Below, piece after piece: positions 35,614-38,638 of a DNA stretch of 38,638 nt. The translations under genes and the position numbers were made by a program. The DNA is from Candidatus Methylomirabilota bacterium (GTDB taxonomy: Bacteria > Methylomirabilota > Methylomirabilia > Rokubacteriales > CSP1-6), in the NCBI GenBank assembly GCA_046726415.1, contig JBKPAK010000062.1, positions 1 to 38,638 of the forward strand, given 5' to 3'. The notes under the pieces were generated by a model. The model made no database searches. It had not been told where the DNA came from and saw only the letters and a list, made by a program, of their open reading frames with translations. Positions within the stretch are counted from its first letter, which is position 1. Every line of letters begins with the position of its first letter.

Positions 35614-36468
35614 TCAACCCTTGAGTCCGCTCATCACCGCAGCGCGGACCACCCACTTCTGACAAACCAGGAAGACGATCAAGATCGGCAGAATGCTCAG
35701 GACGGCGGCCGCCGTCACCAGGTTGTACTCGATGAAGTACATGTTGGTGAAACTCACCAGGCCGAGGGTTACCACTTTCATGGTCGGGGAGTTGACCACC
35801 ACCAGAGGCCAGAAGAGCTCGTTCCACGTCCACATGAACTTGACGATGACCAGCGTGGCCAGCGCTGGTTTCACCGAGGGAAGGATCACTCGCCAGAAGA
35901 TCCCGAGCTCGCTGGCCCCATCGATCCGGGCGGCGTCGACGTACTCCGTGGGCACGACCTCGATGCTCTGGCGCATCAGGAACACGCCGAACACACTCAC
36001 CAGGTCGGGCGCCAGGATGCCGAGATAGGTATCCAATAGATCCAGTCGACTCACCCACAAGTACAGGGGAACGACGACCGACTGGAAGGGCACCATCAGA
36101 ATGCCGATGATGGCGAAGAACAGGAGCCCGTGGCCGGGAAAGCGGAACTTGGCGAAGCCATAGCCGGCGAGCGACGAGACCACCACGCTCGACAGCGCGG
36201 AGAGAGACGCGACGAGCGCGCTGTTCAGCAGAAAACGCGCGAACGGCTGGCGCTGAAAGACCTCGCGGAAGTTGGCGAGGTTCGTCCAGTGGTCGGGGGC
36301 GATCTGAAGTGGAACGCGTTGGATCTCCGGCACCGTCTTGAGCGATGTCACCGCCATCCAGAAGAATGGGAAGAAGACGCAGATCCCTCCCGCGGCCACG
36401 AGGGCGCCCACGAGCCAGTGGAATCGCCCGGCCTTCAGTACTCGACCTGCCGACGCAACAACCGCCAT
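35614..36468 (-). CDS. Carbohydrate ABC transporter permease (MalG-like)
   Basis: AGYGFAKFRFPG, EAA loop EYVDAARIDGASE, WNELFWP; start uncertain (ATG 36468). Confidence 0.9.
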   Translation of the reverse strand: MAVVASAGRVLKAGRFHWLVGALVAAGGICVFFPFFWMAVTSLKTVPEIQRVPLQIAPDHWTNLANFREVFQRQPFARFLLNSALVASLSALSSVVVSSLAGYGFAKFRFPGHGLLFFAIIGILMVPFQSVVVPLYLWVSRLDLLDTYLGILAPDLVSVFGVFLMRQSIEVVPTEYVDAARIDGASELGIFWRVILPSVKPALATLVIVKFMWTWNELFWPLVVVNSPTMKVVTLGLVSFTNMYFIEYNLVTAAAVLSILPILIVFLVCQKWVVRAAVMSGLKG

Positions 36469-37412
36469 TGCAGCACGGTGACCACCAGGAGCGAGGCGAA
36501 TACGAACACCGCCATGACCGAGGCCTCGCCGAGGCGGAAGTACTTGAAGGCGGTGTCGTAGAGCAACATGATGATCGTCTGGCTGGCCCCCGCCGGCCCG
36601 CCCTGCGTGGTGGTGTAGACGGTGTCGAACACCTTGAAGTTGAAGATCAGCTCCAGGATGGTGACCATCACGATCTGTGGGTTGAGCAGCGGCACGGTGA
36701 CGCGGTGGAGCGCTTGCCACCAGCTCGCCCCGTCGATCGACGCGGCCTCGTAGTACTCCGCGGGGATCGCTTGCAGCGCGGCCAGGAAGATGATCGTGTC
36801 GAAGCCGAGGCGCACCCAGACGTTCACGATGGCGAGCGACGGCCGGACCATCTCAAGGCTCTGCAGCCAGTTCAGCGGGGGCAAGCCGACACCGCCCAGA
36901 AGGTGGTTGAGAAAGCCGTAGAGCGGGTCGTACAACCACTGCCAGATGAGGGCGGCGGCCACGAGGGAGACCGAGAAGGGCAGAAAATACATCGCCGTCC
37001 ACGCGCTGCGCCACCTGAGACTGCGCAGGCGGTGGAGCCCGAGGGCGACCGCCAGCGCTAACACGACCGTCGCCGGCACCGACATGAGCAGCAGGCTGAC
37101 CGTGTTGCCCACCGCCCGCCAGAACGTCGGATCGCTCAGGACCTTCTCGTAGAGGCGCAGCCCGACGAACCGGCTCGCCCCCCCGGGCATCGTCCGGTAG
37201 AAAGAACCAATGATGGATTCGATGAGCGGGACGAGAAACACCGCGCCGAAGTAGGCGAGCGCGGGCAGGACGAACAGGAGCCCGGCCCGCCGCTGGCGGT
37301 CCAGATACGAGCGCGGGGCAACGAGCGAGAGAGCGCCGCGGGCGCGGGCGTGGCGGGACGCGCCACGGCTGCCCCGCGGCGCTCCCCGCGTTTGGGGGGT
37401 GGGAGGGGCCAT
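36435..37412 (-). CDS. Sugar ABC transporter permease (MalF-like)
   Basis: YFLP, LQAIPAEYYEAASIDGAS, FKVFD, TQGGP; the only in-frame upstream starts (ATG 37412, GTG 37427) lie inside a REP-like element. Confidence 0.88.
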   Translation of the reverse strand: MAPPTPQTRGAPRGSRGASRHARARGALSLVAPRSYLDRQRRAGLLFVLPALAYFGAVFLVPLIESIIGSFYRTMPGGASRFVGLRLYEKVLSDPTFWRAVGNTVSLLLMSVPATVVLALAVALGLHRLRSLRWRSAWTAMYFLPFSVSLVAAALIWQWLYDPLYGFLNHLLGGVGLPPLNWLQSLEMVRPSLAIVNVWVRLGFDTIIFLAALQAIPAEYYEAASIDGASWWQALHRVTVPLLNPQIVMVTILELIFNFKVFDTVYTTTQGGPAGASQTIIMLLYDTAFKYFRLGEASVMAVFVFASLLVVTVLQWRLLRRQVEY

Positions 37413-37427
37413 CTCGGGGCCCCCCAC
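37355..37427 (-). repeat. REP-like bipartite palindromic element, copy 3 (diverged)
   Basis: GTGGGGGGCCCCGAGATGGCCCCTCCCACCCCCCAAACGCGGGGAGCGCCGCGGGGCAGCCGTGGCGCGTCCC aligns with 21238-21309, including AACGC and AGCCGTGGCG. Confidence 0.68.
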
Positions 37428-37431
37428 GCCA

Positions 37432-38638
37432 CTAGTCCTTCAGGATCCTGTCCATCTTGGCGGCGGCCTCGTCGAGGAGCGGCTTGGGCTGGCCCTTGCT
37501 GTAGAGCGCCGCCACCACCGCCTCGCCGAACGCGGTGGCCAGCTCGTTCGACTTCGGGTGGTAGTATTCGGGCGGCACCGGCTGCTTGAGCATCTCCTGG
37601 GTCGACTGATAGTCGGGCCGTCCTTTCACGTACGGGGACTCGACGTTGGCCGTCCAGACCGGCAGGATGCCCTGCGCCTGGTGCTGGTCCAGGTCATCCT
37701 TGGCGTTGCTGATGAAGCGCACGAAATCCCACGCCACCGACTTGTTCGGACTGCCCTTGTACACCATGTTGGCCCACGGGAAGAGGTTGCCCGCACCGGG
37801 GCAGGTCTTCGCGCACGGCAGCGCGTAGACCTTGAAGCTCACGTCGGGCGCATTCTTCTTGACCCAGCCGAAGAACCACGACTCGCGGAAGATCGTCGCG
37901 GCGCGCTTCTGCCCGAACGCGTCCTCCGGCGTCGGGAACGACAGGCTTGCCACCTTGTGCCTTTGCACGAGGTCCGCGTAGAACGTGAGCGCCGCCACCA
38001 TCTCGGGACTGTTGGCGAAACCCGTCGCCTTGTCGAGGTTCGGCGACAGCATCCGGGCCCCGAACGCGTGGGCGAACGGCAGGAACTTGTCGGTGATGCC
38101 GACCGGATGCCCCTTGTGCCGCAGGGCAAAGCCCGCCTGGGTGATCTCGCCTTTGGCGTCGAGGACGGTCAGCTTCTTCATGGCCGCCAGCCACTCCTCG
38201 AGCGTCTTGGGCGGCTTGTCCGGGTCCAGGCCAGCTTTCCTGAAAAGGTCGGCGTTGAGGTACATCTGCTGGAAGTTGCCGTGCTCGATCGGGGTGCCGT
38301 AGCGCACACCCTTCCACTTGCCGACCGACATCATGTACCTGGGGAGATTCTCGTCCCAGGTCTTGGCGAGGTCGGAGGGCATGGGGTCGCAGAAGTCGTA
38401 CTGGCCGCACCAGTGGTGCGCCATCCCCATGAAGATGTCGGGCGCGCCACTCTTGCCGATGAGGGCGGCCAGGTATTTGGCCTCGTAGCCCTGGTACGGC
38501 ACGGTGACCACTTGGACCTCGTAGCCCGACTTCTGCGCGAAGTCCTTGCCGCGCGTCTCGTAGAACTTGTTGAACTCCGGGTTCTGCTCCCAGTGCGTCC
38601 AGAAGATGAGCTTTTTGGACTGCGACCACGCTGCTGGC
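37432..38638 (-). CDS. Extracellular solute-binding protein of a sugar ABC transporter (5' end beyond the right edge)
   Basis: Frame open to the window end (PAAWSQSKKLIFWTHWE...); APDIFM, YLNADLFRKAGLDPDKPPKT, AWDFVRF; adjacent to two permeases. Confidence 0.9.
   Translation of the reverse strand, partial: PAAWSQSKKLIFWTHWEQNPEFNKFYETRGKDFAQKSGYEVQVVTVPYQGYEAKYLAALIGKSGAPDIFMGMAHHWCGQYDFCDPMPSDLAKTWDENLPRYMMSVGKWKGVRYGTPIEHGNFQQMYLNADLFRKAGLDPDKPPKTLEEWLAAMKKLTVLDAKGEITQAGFALRHKGHPVGITDKFLPFAHAFGARMLSPNLDKATGFANSPEMVAALTFYADLVQRHKVASLSFPTPEDAFGQKRAATIFRESWFFGWVKKNAPDVSFKVYALPCAKTCPGAGNLFPWANMVYKGSPNKSVAWDFVRFISNAKDDLDQHQAQGILPVWTANVESPYVKGRPDYQSTQEMLKQPVPPEYYHPKSNELATAFGEAVVAALYSKGQPKPLLDEAAAKMDRILKD

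Overview
High-GC (about 70% by eye) bacterial chromosomal segment packed with about 36 catabolic, redox and transport genes. These include NAD(P) oxidoreductases, a class III aminotransferase, a stand-alone xanthine dehydrogenase/CoxL-type molybdoenzyme subunit, a paired acyl-CoA dehydrogenase, a ferritin-VIT1 fusion, a split hydantoinase A/B pair with desaturase, cupin, deacetylase, SDR and M20 genes, an FMN alpha-hydroxy acid oxidase, luciferase-like (LLM) oxidoreductases, a Rieske oxygenase, a sulfurtransferase/DmsA-like/cyclase operon, a sirtuin, an NHL-repeat protein, a rhodanese and a sugar ABC transporter that runs off the right edge. I found no rRNA, tRNA, transposase, integrase, cas gene or CRISPR array. 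Gene content and the GC-rich palindromes are reminiscent of Candidatus Rokubacteria (Methylomirabilota); this is inference only. The main unexplained features are: (i) a 4-copy, 53-bp hairpin-forming tandem array attached to a palindromic REP-like element; (ii) three copies of that element, one of which appears to supply the start codon of an ABC permease; (iii) four broken genes, two of them large internal deletions that keep both ends; (iv) repeated leaderless-promoter geometry; (v) an acyl-CoA dehydrogenase with Asp at the usual catalytic Glu position; (vi) a possibly structured leader before the Rieske oxygenase. All product calls rest on motifs recognised by eye, not on database searches.
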